Source of the DNA: a virus
Length of the DNA stretch: 64,000 nt
IMG/VR virus record: IMGVR_UViG_3300042881_006586
Reading direction: 5' to 3' (one strand)
The notes under the pieces: generated by a model
Told to the model about the DNA's origin: nothing
What the model saw: the letters and a program-made list of their open reading frames with translations, nothing else
Database searches by the model: none
Position numbers and translations under genes: made by a program
Shown here: piece by piece, positions 39,840 through 51,100 of the stretch
How the letters are laid out: each line of letters opens with the position of its first letter
Position numbering within the stretch: the first letter of the stretch is position 1

Positions 39840-40334
39840 ATGGCAAATTTACTTCTTCAAGCACCATTAAAATATGAACCGAAAACACAGAATAGGTGGG
39901 TATTATTATTTCCTGATGATGTAGGAATTCAAACATGGGCAGTTAAAAAAGTTGATACTCCTAAAATTGAAATGGATAAGAAAACTATTCAATTTTTAAA
40001 TACTGAAACATATTTTGTTTCAAGTTATAAATGGGCAGATATGGGTGTTACTATTCGTGACTTTATTGCACCTTCTCAATCTGAAGCATTGATGGAATGG
40101 GTTCGTCTTCATGCTGAATCTGTTACAGGTCGTATGGGTTATAATGTAGGTATGGCAAAAGATATCATCCTTCAATCACTTGACCCTACAGGAGTTGCTA
40201 CTGAAGAATGGTTGTTGAAAAACACAATTGTAACAGGTTCTGTTTCTTTTGGAACATTTGATTATTCAGGTTCAGATATTCGTGAATTAGAATTCACAAT
40301 GTCTCCTCAGTATTGCGTTCACTTATTCGGTTAA
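39840..40334 (+). CDS. tail tube protein, T4 gp19-like
   Basis: YEPKTQNRW, EWVRLHAESVTGRMGY, LDPTG, EEW. Confidence 0.9.
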   Translation: MANLLLQAPLKYEPKTQNRWVLLFPDDVGIQTWAVKKVDTPKIEMDKKTIQFLNTETYFVSSYKWADMGVTIRDFIAPSQSEALMEWVRLHAESVTGRMGYNVGMAKDIILQSLDPTGVATEEWLLKNTIVTGSVSFGTFDYSGSDIRELEFTMSPQYCVHLFG

Positions 40335-40356
40335 GAAATACGAAAATATTTTTATG

Positions 40357-40396
40357 AAGTTGAGTCTATCAAAAATGATAGATTCAACTTTTTTTT
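40357..40396 (+). terminator. intrinsic terminator after the tube gene
   Basis: AAGTTGAGTCTATCA...TGATAGATTCAACTT + T-run. Confidence 0.8.
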
Positions 40397-40438
40397 ATTT
40401 TTTTATATTTATTCATACATTAATATAAAAATTATAAT

Positions 40439-41227
40439 ATGGAATTCGAAAATAAAATGCAAATGCAACAACCTAATCCTTTTCAAGGATATGAGCCTCA
40501 ATCAGAAACTTTTAATCTCCCTTCAAAGGGAATGTTTTATCCTGAAATAGATGGTAAAAGAGTTACAAGTGTACAAGTATATGATTTAGTCACTCAAGAT
40601 GAAAATATTCTTCTTTCCCAATCATTGATTGAATCAGGAGAAATGATTGATACTCTCTTGAAGAAAAAAGTTATTTCTCCATATCCTGTTGATAAATTCA
40701 CTACAGGAGACAGATTATCTCTTTTGATTTATATCAGAGCTACAATGGAACAATTCTACAAAATTCGTATAATTGACCCTGAAACAGGTACTCCTTTTGA
40801 CTATGATGTAGATTTAATGAGTTTGAATTTGAAAGAAATGAAATATCTTCCAAACCAAAATGGTCACTTTGAATTTAAACTTCCTAAAGATGGTAGAATT
40901 GTTACCTTTAGATTACTTACAGGTGAAGATGAAAAAATTATTCGCCAAAAGGAGAAAAAAGAACAGCAATTGAAAGGTAGTACTGAATCTTTTTATAAGA
41001 TTTTTAGATTGGAACAACAAATTATTTCAATTGAGGGAATCACTGATGTATTTGAAAAAGCTAAGTATATCAGAAATATGAAGATTATGGACAGTAGAAA
41101 ACTTATGAGCTTTATTGATGAATGTATGCCTACTATCGATTTTAATATTGAGGTGTCCGCTCCGAGCGGAAATCGGTTTTTTGCAAACATACCTTTCACC
41201 GCTGAATTCTTTTACCCCAATATATAA
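40439..41227 (+). CDS. baseplate-hub / tail assembly chaperone, T4 gp26-like
   Basis: LPSKGMFY, DENILLS, GDR, FRLLTGEDE, EFFYP. Confidence 0.75.
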   Translation: MEFENKMQMQQPNPFQGYEPQSETFNLPSKGMFYPEIDGKRVTSVQVYDLVTQDENILLSQSLIESGEMIDTLLKKKVISPYPVDKFTTGDRLSLLIYIRATMEQFYKIRIIDPETGTPFDYDVDLMSLNLKEMKYLPNQNGHFEFKLPKDGRIVTFRLLTGEDEKIIRQKEKKEQQLKGSTESFYKIFRLEQQIISIEGITDVFEKAKYIRNMKIMDSRKLMSFIDECMPTIDFNIEVSAPSGNRFFANIPFTAEFFYPNI

Positions 41228-41393
41228 TTCAGAAAGCGTTGAATATTATTTGATGCAAAGATTATATATTATAAAAAGAGGCGGTTTCACATGGTATGAT
41301 ATAATGATGATGCCTATTTGGGAAAAGAATTATTATTATAATAAACTAATAGAAATTCAAAAAAAAGAAGAAGAAGCTGCAACGAAAAAATAA
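41211..41393 (+). CDS. gp51-like chaperone segment, candidate frameshift extension of 40439 (or separate start near 41254)
   Basis: +1 frame open through the upstream stop; GGFTWYDIMMMPIWEKNYY. Confidence 0.55.
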   Translation, partial: FTPIYNSESVEYYLMQRLYIIKRGGFTWYDIMMMPIWEKNYYYNKLIEIQKKEEEAATKK

Positions 41394-41401
41394 AAAAAAC
41401 A

Positions 41402-41432
41402 AAGAGGCTATTTCTAAAAAAATAGTCTCTTT
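41402..41432 (+). terminator. hairpin before the tape measure gene
   Basis: AAGAGGCTATTT...AAATAGTCTCTT. Confidence 0.5.
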
Positions 41433-41460
41433 ATATTTATATAAAAAAACTAAATAAATT

Positions 41461-43524
41461 ATGAAACCTGAAGATTTAATACAAGGCGGTAAATTTGTTG
41501 GATTTCAATTATTGGATACCGCTTTAAAAGGATGGGAAGGCAAACTACAAGATGTAGTAGCTAATTTTGGATTAGGTACTATAGATACTGTAATGCAAAA
41601 AATTATCCCTGAATTTAAAATGGGTATAGAGGACTTTACAGTATTTGGCTCAATTAAATATTGGGATAAAATCTTAGGAGCGGTAAAAAAAGCGAATCAA
41701 GATTTGGGTATTGCAGGTAATCTTGGAATGAATCTACAGGATTCTTTTAAAAATTCATATTCAGCATTTGTTGAAATGGGTATAGATTCTGTAGAAGCAG
41801 CTAAAAGTGTAAATGAGTTTTTTGATAAAACAAATCGAGCTCAAATATTATCTACTAATCAAATGACTGAAATGGTAAAAATGAGTCAAACTTTAAAAGA
41901 TAGTGGAGGTGAAATTATGGCATCTTATGGAAGAATAGGTCTTAGTATAACTAATATTTCATCAAGAATGCGTAAATTAATAATAGAAAGTGACAAATTT
42001 GGTGTATTACCTTATAGAACTGCCTTAAATTTAAAAAATAATATTGAGAATTTAAATAAATTTTCATTTAAAAACGGTGTTAAAGCTTTAGAGCAGATGG
42101 CGATTTATGCTTCAAGAACTAACACTGATATGAAAAGTGCGTTTAATGTTGCAGATAAACTTCTTGATAATAGTATTGAAGGTGCAATGGAAATGAGCAC
42201 TAATTTACAACTAATGGGAGGTTCATTTGGAAATATGGGTGATATGTCAGAATTGATATATCTTGCAAGAAATGAACCTGAAAAATTTCAAGAGATGTTT
42301 TCTAAGGCTGCTGCAGGTATGGCGCAATTCAATGAGAAAACAGGTGAAATAGAATATAATGCAGAGGCAATGCAAAGATTCCGTGCAGTTTCTGCTGCTA
42401 CAGGAGCGAATATGAATGATTTAGTGGAAGGTGGTCGAGCATTGAAAAAAGAATTGATGATAAAAGATGAATTAGATGCAAGTATTAGAGGATTGAATAA
42501 CTATGATGCTTTACTTTCAAAAGTTTCAGGTGCTGCATATAGAAATGATTTAGGTGAATGGGTTGTAAATATTAAAGAAGGTGGTAAAGAAATGCAGAAA
42601 GCTGTCAGTGCTTTAACAGAAGAGCAAATTAAACAGATTTCTTTCACAGATGAAACTAAGGGGCCTGAACAGGCATTTGAGAACATAGCAAAATCTAATG
42701 AGACTTTGAATGAAACTATGAGTAGGTTAATAGAAACCATCAAAACTCAAGCATTAAGTTCTGCTCCATATGAACAATTTAGTCAAGTTGCAAGAGTAGC
42801 TGCTGATAATATAAAAGAATTAGCTGCTCCACTTGTTAAATCGTTTAGCGAGTTAAATGAAAAAGCAATGGAAAATGTTTTAAGTGTTATAAAACCTCTT
42901 TCAGAAGGAAATGTTGGCGGTGCTATGAATGCTGCCAAAGAAAATTTAACAGGGGCAGCTAATAAAGCCTATGAAGCAGGTTCGTATGCTCTTGGACAAA
43001 TGGGTACTATTCTTTACAATGTATTTACTAATGCAGCAAAATATTTAGCTGCAGGTATTGAATGGGGTTTTAGAAATTCTATTGGATTATTTCAAAATGC
43101 TTTTTATACTGTTTATGATAATACTTTTGGATTAGTAGGAATGTTTGCAAGAACTCAGGCTCAAAAAGAAGCTCAAGAAAAGAGCAGTAGGGTTAGTTTT
43201 AAAGATGTTATAAGTGGTTATGACATTAAAGGGATATTAGAAGATACAACAATGCTTGAGGATTTTAATAAAATGTTAGGATATAATACAGATACCAAAA
43301 CCTCAACAACTCCAAATGTAACAAATACAAGTGTCACTGAAACAAAAAAAGAAACTGAAGCTATTGAGAAAAAATTGACATCTGCTTCTGAAGAAAAAAC
43401 TAAAAAAGTAGAGGTATCTTTTACTAATCCAATAACTTTAGATGTTAAAGGTCAAAAATCTGAAATACCTAATAATAATATCATTGATGAAAAAATTAAA
43501 GAAGCATTAAAACCAAGAGACTAA
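41461..43524 (+). CDS. tape measure protein
   Basis: Ala/Met/Gly-rich helical sequence; follows tube and chaperone. Confidence 0.7.
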   Translation: MKPEDLIQGGKFVGFQLLDTALKGWEGKLQDVVANFGLGTIDTVMQKIIPEFKMGIEDFTVFGSIKYWDKILGAVKKANQDLGIAGNLGMNLQDSFKNSYSAFVEMGIDSVEAAKSVNEFFDKTNRAQILSTNQMTEMVKMSQTLKDSGGEIMASYGRIGLSITNISSRMRKLIIESDKFGVLPYRTALNLKNNIENLNKFSFKNGVKALEQMAIYASRTNTDMKSAFNVADKLLDNSIEGAMEMSTNLQLMGGSFGNMGDMSELIYLARNEPEKFQEMFSKAAAGMAQFNEKTGEIEYNAEAMQRFRAVSAATGANMNDLVEGGRALKKELMIKDELDASIRGLNNYDALLSKVSGAAYRNDLGEWVVNIKEGGKEMQKAVSALTEEQIKQISFTDETKGPEQAFENIAKSNETLNETMSRLIETIKTQALSSAPYEQFSQVARVAADNIKELAAPLVKSFSELNEKAMENVLSVIKPLSEGNVGGAMNAAKENLTGAANKAYEAGSYALGQMGTILYNVFTNAAKYLAAGIEWGFRNSIGLFQNAFYTVYDNTFGLVGMFARTQAQKEAQEKSSRVSFKDVISGYDIKGILEDTTMLEDFNKMLGYNTDTKTSTTPNVTNTSVTETKKETEAIEKKLTSASEEKTKKVEVSFTNPITLDVKGQKSEIPNNNIIDEKIKEALKPRD

Positions 43525-43558
43525 AAAAAACTCAAATGAAAATATTTAAATAAAAAAG

Positions 43559-46500
43559 ATGGCAACATTATTATCTTTAATAGGCGAAAGTGAAAGATTT
43601 CGTATAAAGCCAAAAAATCTGCAACCGACAGACGATGTGACTGAAAATGGATTTTCATCTTATCTTGATGATTATGGCACTGTTGCGCTTCAGGACTATA
43701 CAAATGATACAAATATAGAGTCTCCAAGTGTATTAGATATTGGTACAATTGCGATAGCAGACCGAAAGGATTATAATGTTTTTCCTCAAGATGTTTATAA
43801 CGAAGCTGAAGTAGAAAGAATTGATGTTTCTGTTATAGACATGCCTTCTATTGGAGATATAAGTGAAGATATATATCTTTCTAATGTAATATATAATAAG
43901 TATGCTAATTTAGATTATATTCCATTTGAAGTTGAAGATGCTGTAGGAGTTCAAAATCAAAGTGAAAGTTATGGTGATTATATAGCGGAAGTTTTAAGTA
44001 ATCTTGAACAAAGAGGAAATAGTTTAGCTGATATTTTTATAGGTCAATGGAATAGAGATGATTCTCCAATTGGAGTTATCGGTGGTCAAGCTTTGAATAC
44101 TGCTTTACAAAATCAATTTAAAGATGGTGTTGAAAGAAAAATATTCAGCATTGTCAATAAAAGCCTTTTAAACATTCTTGATGGTGGAGCTCTTATAAGG
44201 CAAGATTATAATATAACAACAGGAAAAACTTTCTTAGGCAGAGCTGTGGAATTTGCTGCGAAATTAGGTGGATTAGAAAATCCAATATCATATCTTCCTG
44301 AAGATGCTTTTAATTTCAATAGAACTAAAACTGTTTCTAAAAATGGAAAAGTCACTTATTTAGGCTCAGGTTTATCTTACAAGGAACAGGTAAACCTTAT
44401 GTTAGATTATACAGGAAAAGGTCAACAGAAGCAATTGTTGAACCTTTTGGAAATGAATATCTATCGTGATAAGATTGAAGGCAGAACAAAAACTCTTGAG
44501 GCAAATTTATATATTCCTTATATTATAGGTTATCCTACATCTTTGAATGCTAAAGATTTCATTGTAGCTGAAACAAAAGCTACAGGTGAATATTTTGAAC
44601 CTTATGGAGTTGTAAGTAGACATAGAAATAATGAAGGTTCTATTGGGGATATAGATAAACAAATATTTTCAGATGGATTTTGGTTTCAATGGACTTTTGA
44701 TAGTAAAAAGGAATCTATTGGATGGATTAAAAGAAATAATAATCCTTTTAGAGATAGTCCTCAATCTCTTTTATTTAAAACACAGGAACTTTTAAAAGAA
44801 AACAGTAATATAGGTGCATTTTTAGATTTAAGTGAAAAATCATTCGTTGAGGTTATTGATGGCGAAACGAGGGTTATATCAAGAAGTGATGGAACTACTG
44901 CATCTGCTACAAAAAAATATGATGATGGTACAACTATACAAGCAGGAGATTATTTTCGTGTATGGACTAAAGAAAGGGGATATAACAGGCTTTCAAGAGC
45001 GTTAAGACATAGAGCTTTAGATAATGGAGATAAAAGAAGTGTTTTAAACGAAAACGGTATTCCTAATTATGCTCCAACAACAAGAACTGCCACTGAACAA
45101 AATGGTCTTGGAACTGATGATATTATCAAGAGATATATGTTTTCTCTTGAGAATCTTGCTTGGAATGACCATATGGATGACTTACCTGAATGTGAGCAAG
45201 GCGCAGGAGACCCTTTGACAGGTACAAGAGGGAGAATTATGTGGTTTCCTCCATATAACTTGGATTTTGATGAAAGTGTTACTGTTAGTTGGAATGACCA
45301 TTCTTTTATAGGAAGAGGTGAAAAATTTTATACATATAATAACACTGAGAGAACAGGTAAACTTTCTTTTTCTATTTTAGTTGACCATCCTGATATTATT
45401 CATCTAAAGGAATTACAAGGGGCAAAAACTCAATATTGGGAAAGATATTTCAAAGGAGATAAAGCTGTAGAAGAAGATGCTATTGATAAATATAATAAAC
45501 AGAAAAAGATTTCTCAAAATGAACTTGATGCATTAAATGTAATTAAAAAACCTATTCCTCCGAAATATAAAAAAGTTACAAAAACTATAAAAACTGTTAG
45601 AAAAGTTGAGCAAGAAAAAAAGGTAGAAGTAAAGAAGAAAGAAGATGAAGGTAAAAAAGATGCAAGTAAAGGGTACGGAGACCTTATTTTAAGTGTTTAT
45701 TTTCCAAATGATGAAACAAATGTACCTTTAGCCCCTGTAACATATAATTATTCTTCAGAAGATGATGGTTATGTTGAAGATAAAGGTTTATCATTAAGAA
45801 TATTACAATTGAATAATTATGGTTATGAGGGAGGTGCTAAAATAAACGATTTAAATTTTGTTTCTACAGATAATTATGTTATAGAAAATAGTTCAGGTTT
45901 AAAATATAAAATAAAAGGTCAAAATACTGCGGTAAATGATAAATTTACTTATAAAGGGGGAACTCTTGCTTCTTGGCAATATGTGTGTAATCAAAATAAT
46001 TCTCCTCGTGGGTATAAAGATAGAAATAATAATGGATTAAATAATAAGTTTTATTTTGAATGGAAATCTACATTTTTAAAAATATTGAAAGGAGTTCAAA
46101 ATGCAGAAGTTACAATAATAGGTAATGCTTCAGGTGCAATTCCTGTTGGTATTACAAATTCAAGTTTAGCTTCAGGTAGAGCAAATAATGTAAAAGATTG
46201 GTTTAATAAAAACGTAATTAAACTTTTAAATACTCTTGGTCAAGATACTAAAGGGATTAAAATTGCAGTAGATAGCAAAGGCGATTTAGAAGATACTGAA
46301 AAAGCAAAAGAAAAAAAACCTTTTTGTCAAGATTGTGATGAATCAGATAAAGAAGAGTGCAAAAAAACAAGAAGAGTTGATATTTTTATAAAAGTGTTAA
46401 CTCCTAATCCTCAACCACAACCGCAACCTGAGCCACAACCACAACCTGAAATTACAGAAAATACCATTGAAGAGATTCAAACTTTGGAAGAATATGTTCT

Positions 46501-47767
46501 TGATACGGATGAAGGGAACACTGACCCTAACAATGATACAACTCCTAATATTGATGAGAGTGTTATCAAAAAATTGATATATACAGAATGTGACTTTTTC
46601 AAATATTTGGAAATCAATGACCCTATTGCTTATCAAACAATAAGTGAGAAAATAAAATATTTTACTCCTGCATTTCATTCAATTACTCCGCAAGGATTTA
46701 ATTCAAGGTTGACTTTTTTGCATCAATGTACAAGGCAGGGAGAATCTATAGGATTGGATGGAGTTGATAATGTAAAAAATCTTGCTTTTGGTAGACCGCC
46801 TGTTTGTATTTTAAGAATTGGTGATTTCTTTCATACTAAAATTATTATAGATAGTTTAACTATTACATATAAAAATAATAACATTATGTGGGATTTGAAC
46901 CCTGAAGGAATTGGGGTTCAACCAATGTATGCAGATATTTCTTTAGGAATAAAGATTCTCGGTGGGATGTCAATGACTGCGCCTATAAATAGGTTGCAGA
47001 ATGCTTTAAGTTTTAACTTTTATGCTAATACTGAAATGTATGATGCAAGAGCTGATAGTGTTGTATTCCAACAGCAATTTAATGCTGCAGGTGAATTAGA
47101 TGAAAATGCAACTTATGGCACTCCAAAAGCTGCTAAAATTGTAGATGGTATCAAGCTTTCTTCATTGATTAAAATTAGTGATGCTAAAAGGCAAGAAAGA
47201 TTGGCAAAATTAAGGCAGGATAGTAGATTCACTTTATCTAATTCTACAGATGCAGTTGTTCCTACTGAACAAGTTTCAACTCTTGGTACAGTAGAATCTA
47301 TATTAGAATTCAAAAAGAGAGCAGGTTTACCTTTAACTGAAAAAGAAAAAATTGATAAGAAAGTTGAAGATGAAATTAAGGATAAATTTCAATTGACAAA
47401 TTTAGCTCCGATAGATGCTACAAAAATTAAGATAACTATGTCTGAAAATTTAAAGACTGAGAATTCTTTATTAAATGAACAGAGTAAAAATTTGTATTCA
47501 AACAGATTTAATTCAAAAAATCCTGATGATGTAGCATTCTTGAATAATTTATTAAAAAAGGATGAGCCTTTTATTCCTTTTGACCCTAAAAACCCTCAAT
47601 CTGTTGCAGAATTTAATAATTTTATAGAATCTGTTAGTCAGTACTCTCAAGCAAGTTCAAGCAATCCTTCGGAAATAACAGACGAGAATAACAGAGAAAC
47701 TGCAGAAGAATATTTAAGAGCTTACGGAAAAGTTTGGATTAACCCTAATGATTTAAGAAAAAGATAA
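43559..47767 (+). CDS. large baseplate / tube-initiator protein with OmpA-like domain
   Basis: WFPPY..FDE...GRGE..YTYNNTERTG and RPPVCILRIGD tube-like domains; VYFPND...GNAS...LASGRA...RRVDI. Confidence 0.65.
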   Translation: MATLLSLIGESERFRIKPKNLQPTDDVTENGFSSYLDDYGTVALQDYTNDTNIESPSVLDIGTIAIADRKDYNVFPQDVYNEAEVERIDVSVIDMPSIGDISEDIYLSNVIYNKYANLDYIPFEVEDAVGVQNQSESYGDYIAEVLSNLEQRGNSLADIFIGQWNRDDSPIGVIGGQALNTALQNQFKDGVERKIFSIVNKSLLNILDGGALIRQDYNITTGKTFLGRAVEFAAKLGGLENPISYLPEDAFNFNRTKTVSKNGKVTYLGSGLSYKEQVNLMLDYTGKGQQKQLLNLLEMNIYRDKIEGRTKTLEANLYIPYIIGYPTSLNAKDFIVAETKATGEYFEPYGVVSRHRNNEGSIGDIDKQIFSDGFWFQWTFDSKKESIGWIKRNNNPFRDSPQSLLFKTQELLKENSNIGAFLDLSEKSFVEVIDGETRVISRSDGTTASATKKYDDGTTIQAGDYFRVWTKERGYNRLSRALRHRALDNGDKRSVLNENGIPNYAPTTRTATEQNGLGTDDIIKRYMFSLENLAWNDHMDDLPECEQGAGDPLTGTRGRIMWFPPYNLDFDESVTVSWNDHSFIGRGEKFYTYNNTERTGKLSFSILVDHPDIIHLKELQGAKTQYWERYFKGDKAVEEDAIDKYNKQKKISQNELDALNVIKKPIPPKYKKVTKTIKTVRKVEQEKKVEVKKKEDEGKKDASKGYGDLILSVYFPNDETNVPLAPVTYNYSSEDDGYVEDKGLSLRILQLNNYGYEGGAKINDLNFVSTDNYVIENSSGLKYKIKGQNTAVNDKFTYKGGTLASWQYVCNQNNSPRGYKDRNNNGLNNKFYFEWKSTFLKILKGVQNAEVTIIGNASGAIPVGITNSSLASGRANNVKDWFNKNVIKLLNTLGQDTKGIKIAVDSKGDLEDTEKAKEKKPFCQDCDESDKEECKKTRRVDIFIKVLTPNPQPQPQPEPQPQPEITENTIEEIQTLEEYVLDTDEGNTDPNNDTTPNIDESVIKKLIYTECDFFKYLEINDPIAYQTISEKIKYFTPAFHSITPQGFNSRLTFLHQCTRQGESIGLDGVDNVKNLAFGRPPVCILRIGDFFHTKIIIDSLTITYKNNNIMWDLNPEGIGVQPMYADISLGIKILGGMSMTAPINRLQNALSFNFYANTEMYDARADSVVFQQQFNAAGELDENATYGTPKAAKIVDGIKLSSLIKISDAKRQERLAKLRQDSRFTLSNSTDAVVPTEQVSTLGTVESILEFKKRAGLPLTEKEKIDKKVEDEIKDKFQLTNLAPIDATKIKITMSENLKTENSLLNEQSKNLYSNRFNSKNPDDVAFLNNLLKKDEPFIPFDPKNPQSVAEFNNFIESVSQYSQASSSNPSEITDENNRETAEEYLRAYGKVWINPNDLRKR

Positions 47768-47777
47768 AATATAATTT

Positions 47778-48095
47778 ATGGCAAATTTTAATAGATACGC
47801 AAAAATAAGTGTAAATGGTGAAACTAAATTGATGCCATTTATAAAAATAAGAGAAAAGGGAACTGATAAAACATTGGTTTGGAATAGTGAAATTCATCGC
47901 ACGGATATTTTAAGTCAAAGGTATTATGGACTTCCTACTGAAGGATGGTTGATAATGATGGCAAATCCTCAATTTGGTACAGATGAATTTGATATTCCTG
48001 ATGGAACAATCATAAGAATTCCATATCCTTATACTACTTCAATTCAATCATTTATTGATGATATGAATAGATTTGATAACAAATTTGGTTTTTAA
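47778..48095 (+). CDS. baseplate wedge protein, gp53/LysM-like
   Basis: RTDILSQRYYG...WLIMMANP...IPDGTIIRIP. Confidence 0.75.
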   Translation: MANFNRYAKISVNGETKLMPFIKIREKGTDKTLVWNSEIHRTDILSQRYYGLPTEGWLIMMANPQFGTDEFDIPDGTIIRIPYPYTTSIQSFIDDMNRFDNKFGF

Positions 48096-48123
48096 AAACT
48101 TTTCTTTAAATTAATAATAAAAA

Positions 48124-51100
48124 ATGGCAGGTTTTGAAACAATATCTAATGAGAACTTTTTTACAGTTGTAGTTGACCCTAATGGCTTAAATAAAGAAAA
48201 TGTTAGGCATGAAGATTTATTTATTTTTGTAGACTTCAGGGCTATGCCTAAAAGTCGTTCAATAGTAGAAACAGATGGGACTATAAGTAATGATGTATTT
48301 AATTCAAAAGGAATTAGTTTTATTGCTTCAACTACGCAAAATGGAAAAGAATATCTTACAACGAATTATACTAATATTGGTGGTAAACAAATGCAAGAAA
48401 AAGAGGCATTTGGTATAGATAATATAAAAATAGAATTTGGAAAAGATTTAGCTCCGATTGTTCAAATGAAATTTCTTGATGCAAGGGGTGCAGGATTGTT
48501 TAATGGGTATGAAACTGTAGATGAAAAAGGGGTTTTATCTAATGATTCATATTTTTCCACTTTTTTTAGTTTACCTTATCCTGTTTTTCAATTAACAGTA
48601 AAAGGCTATTATGGGAAAGCTATCACTTATTGTTTAAATTTGATGAAATGGAATATTACATTCAATGCAGATAAAGGTGATTTTGAAATTGATGCAACTT
48701 TTCAAGGATTTACTTTTGCATTTCTTGCAGATATTCTAATGAGTCATGTTATAGCTATAACTACATCCGAAATAGGGCAAGAGGCATTAAAAAAAGAAGG
48801 TGTAATAAGTATTACAGATTTAGTAGGAAGATTAGGTAAATTAACGCAGATAAGTGAAGACTTTAAGAAAAGTAGTTCTTCTTATGAAGAATTAAAATTC
48901 GTCAACAGTCTACTATTAGACCGAATAGATAAAATTATAGAAGTTGTAGGTCAACCTATGACTAAATCTAATTTTTCTACTTTCGGAAATAAACTTCCTA
49001 TACCTCAATTAAAATTAAATACCGACCAAATTTTCGTAAGAGACGTAGGGGTTATTTCTGAAGAAAAATCTGATATCCTTAAAATAATAATTGAAGACCT
49101 TGATAAATATATCAAAGAATACAATGATTTTATAAAAACTAATTTGACAAAATATAGTTATGGAAATCAATACAAGATTGATGATTTTAATATAAATATT
49201 CCTGCTATTTCATATTTAATTGACGATAGTAGTACAAATAAAATAATTACAGAAGCTTTAAAGGATGGTTTATCTGCAGACCCAAATATTACTACAACAG
49301 GAGCTTTAAGAAGTAGATTAGGTTTAGCAGAAGATTCTAAAAAGAAATTTTTTATTATTGATTTTCATCCGTTCAGAAAAGAACTTGCTGAAATAAAAGA
49401 TGAATTAACCAAAAAGAAAAATGAATTAGAAAAAAAGGTAAATGAAGAATTAAATGCCAATATTGAAAACCAAATTGGATTGAAATTAAATATTCAAAAC
49501 GTTTTCAATATTCTAACAGGAAATATTGATGCTTATTTAAAAGTTATTTATGACCATGCAAGAGCTGCAGATAATCCCGATATTCAAAAGGAACGTGTAA
49601 AAGCTCTTAGAAGTGGTAAAAATGATATCAATGATGGTGTTAATAGGGTATACCCTTTTCCTGCGGTTTTTGATTCAAAAGAAGATAAAGAAATTTGGAT
49701 TGGAGATATTGTAGGTGAAGATAATCCTTATTTTCCTGAAATAAATTTGGTTAGAACAACTATCAATTCATTTATTACTTCAAACGGTAAAAGTGCTAAT
49801 AAGAATACAACAGATAATTCTAAAAATACTGTCGGTATTTCGGGAGATAGTTGGATTCCTGTGAATCCCACTGATTATTCTCCTATACCTTATGAAACTA
49901 TTAATAAACTAAATTTTAATGGAAATCAAATTCCTACTGAATTAGCTACAGAAATAGTTAAAAGGGCTACTAATGCTTATAATAAAACAGGTCATAGGGA
50001 AAGTACTTTTAACCTTTTTTCTCAATTTGAAGCAGCTTTTTCTTTCAGTAAAACAACTGAATCTGTTATTAAAAATATTATAAATAATACTGATTCAAAT
50101 ACTTTTGCAGATTCTGTTATTAATAGTGCATCTACAGGTACAGATGTTACGGTAAATAATACTACTGTGACAAAAAACACTAAAGTTGAAACTACTGATA
50201 ATACAACTGTAACTACAACTACTACTCAAACTGTCACAGTTATTGAGACAGTTGAACCTGTATTGGTTTTACCTGATGACTATATAAAATATATACTTTC
50301 TTTTGAAAAGGCATATAATTATCCAAATTATGGATTAAACGCATCAGACCCTAATGGTTCTTATGGAACAAGTTTTCCTAATAATAAGATTCCAAGTAAT
50401 TTTACCGAGAATGATGCAATCAATCTTTATAAGAGTGCATTTTATATTCCATTTTTAACAGATGTTCCTGAAGGATTAGTACCCATTCTTTTGGATATTT
50501 GTGTAAATCAAGTTGACCCTTTAGGGATGTTACTTGCTGCAGCTTATAATTTATCTGAAAATGGTGCTATTCCAATACCATTAAGCACTGTAAGGGTAAT
50601 ATGGTTTGGTAAATCTGAAGGGCTTTATATTGTTCCACAAAATACTATACCTTTTCCAAGTCAATATACCACTACATCTTCTTATAGTTATTTTCAAACA
50701 TATAAGACTGCTATTATTGCTTTATATAATGCTAATCCTAAAGCATTAATTGATGAGCTTTCGAAAGTAAGATTAATGTATTATAGTCAAACAAATGGTA
50801 AAGAAAAAATAAGTAGAAATAAGGTTACTTTCTTTAATGAATGGAGTATTCGTACTTTTGCGATGGCACAATTTGCAAAAGATATTTCTATTAATAAGGC
50901 TCAAGAATATAATTATTATCATGGAATAAATTCTGAATTTTATAAAAGAGGAAGTAATTTTTCTTTTGAATTAAAAAGTGCAAAAGATTCAGAAGAAAGT
51001 TCTATTTGGTTTAATAAAGTTGCTAACACTGCTACACCTTATCTTTCCAATGTCAATCCTGAACTCAATACTAATAAAAATGTAAATACTACTTTACCTG

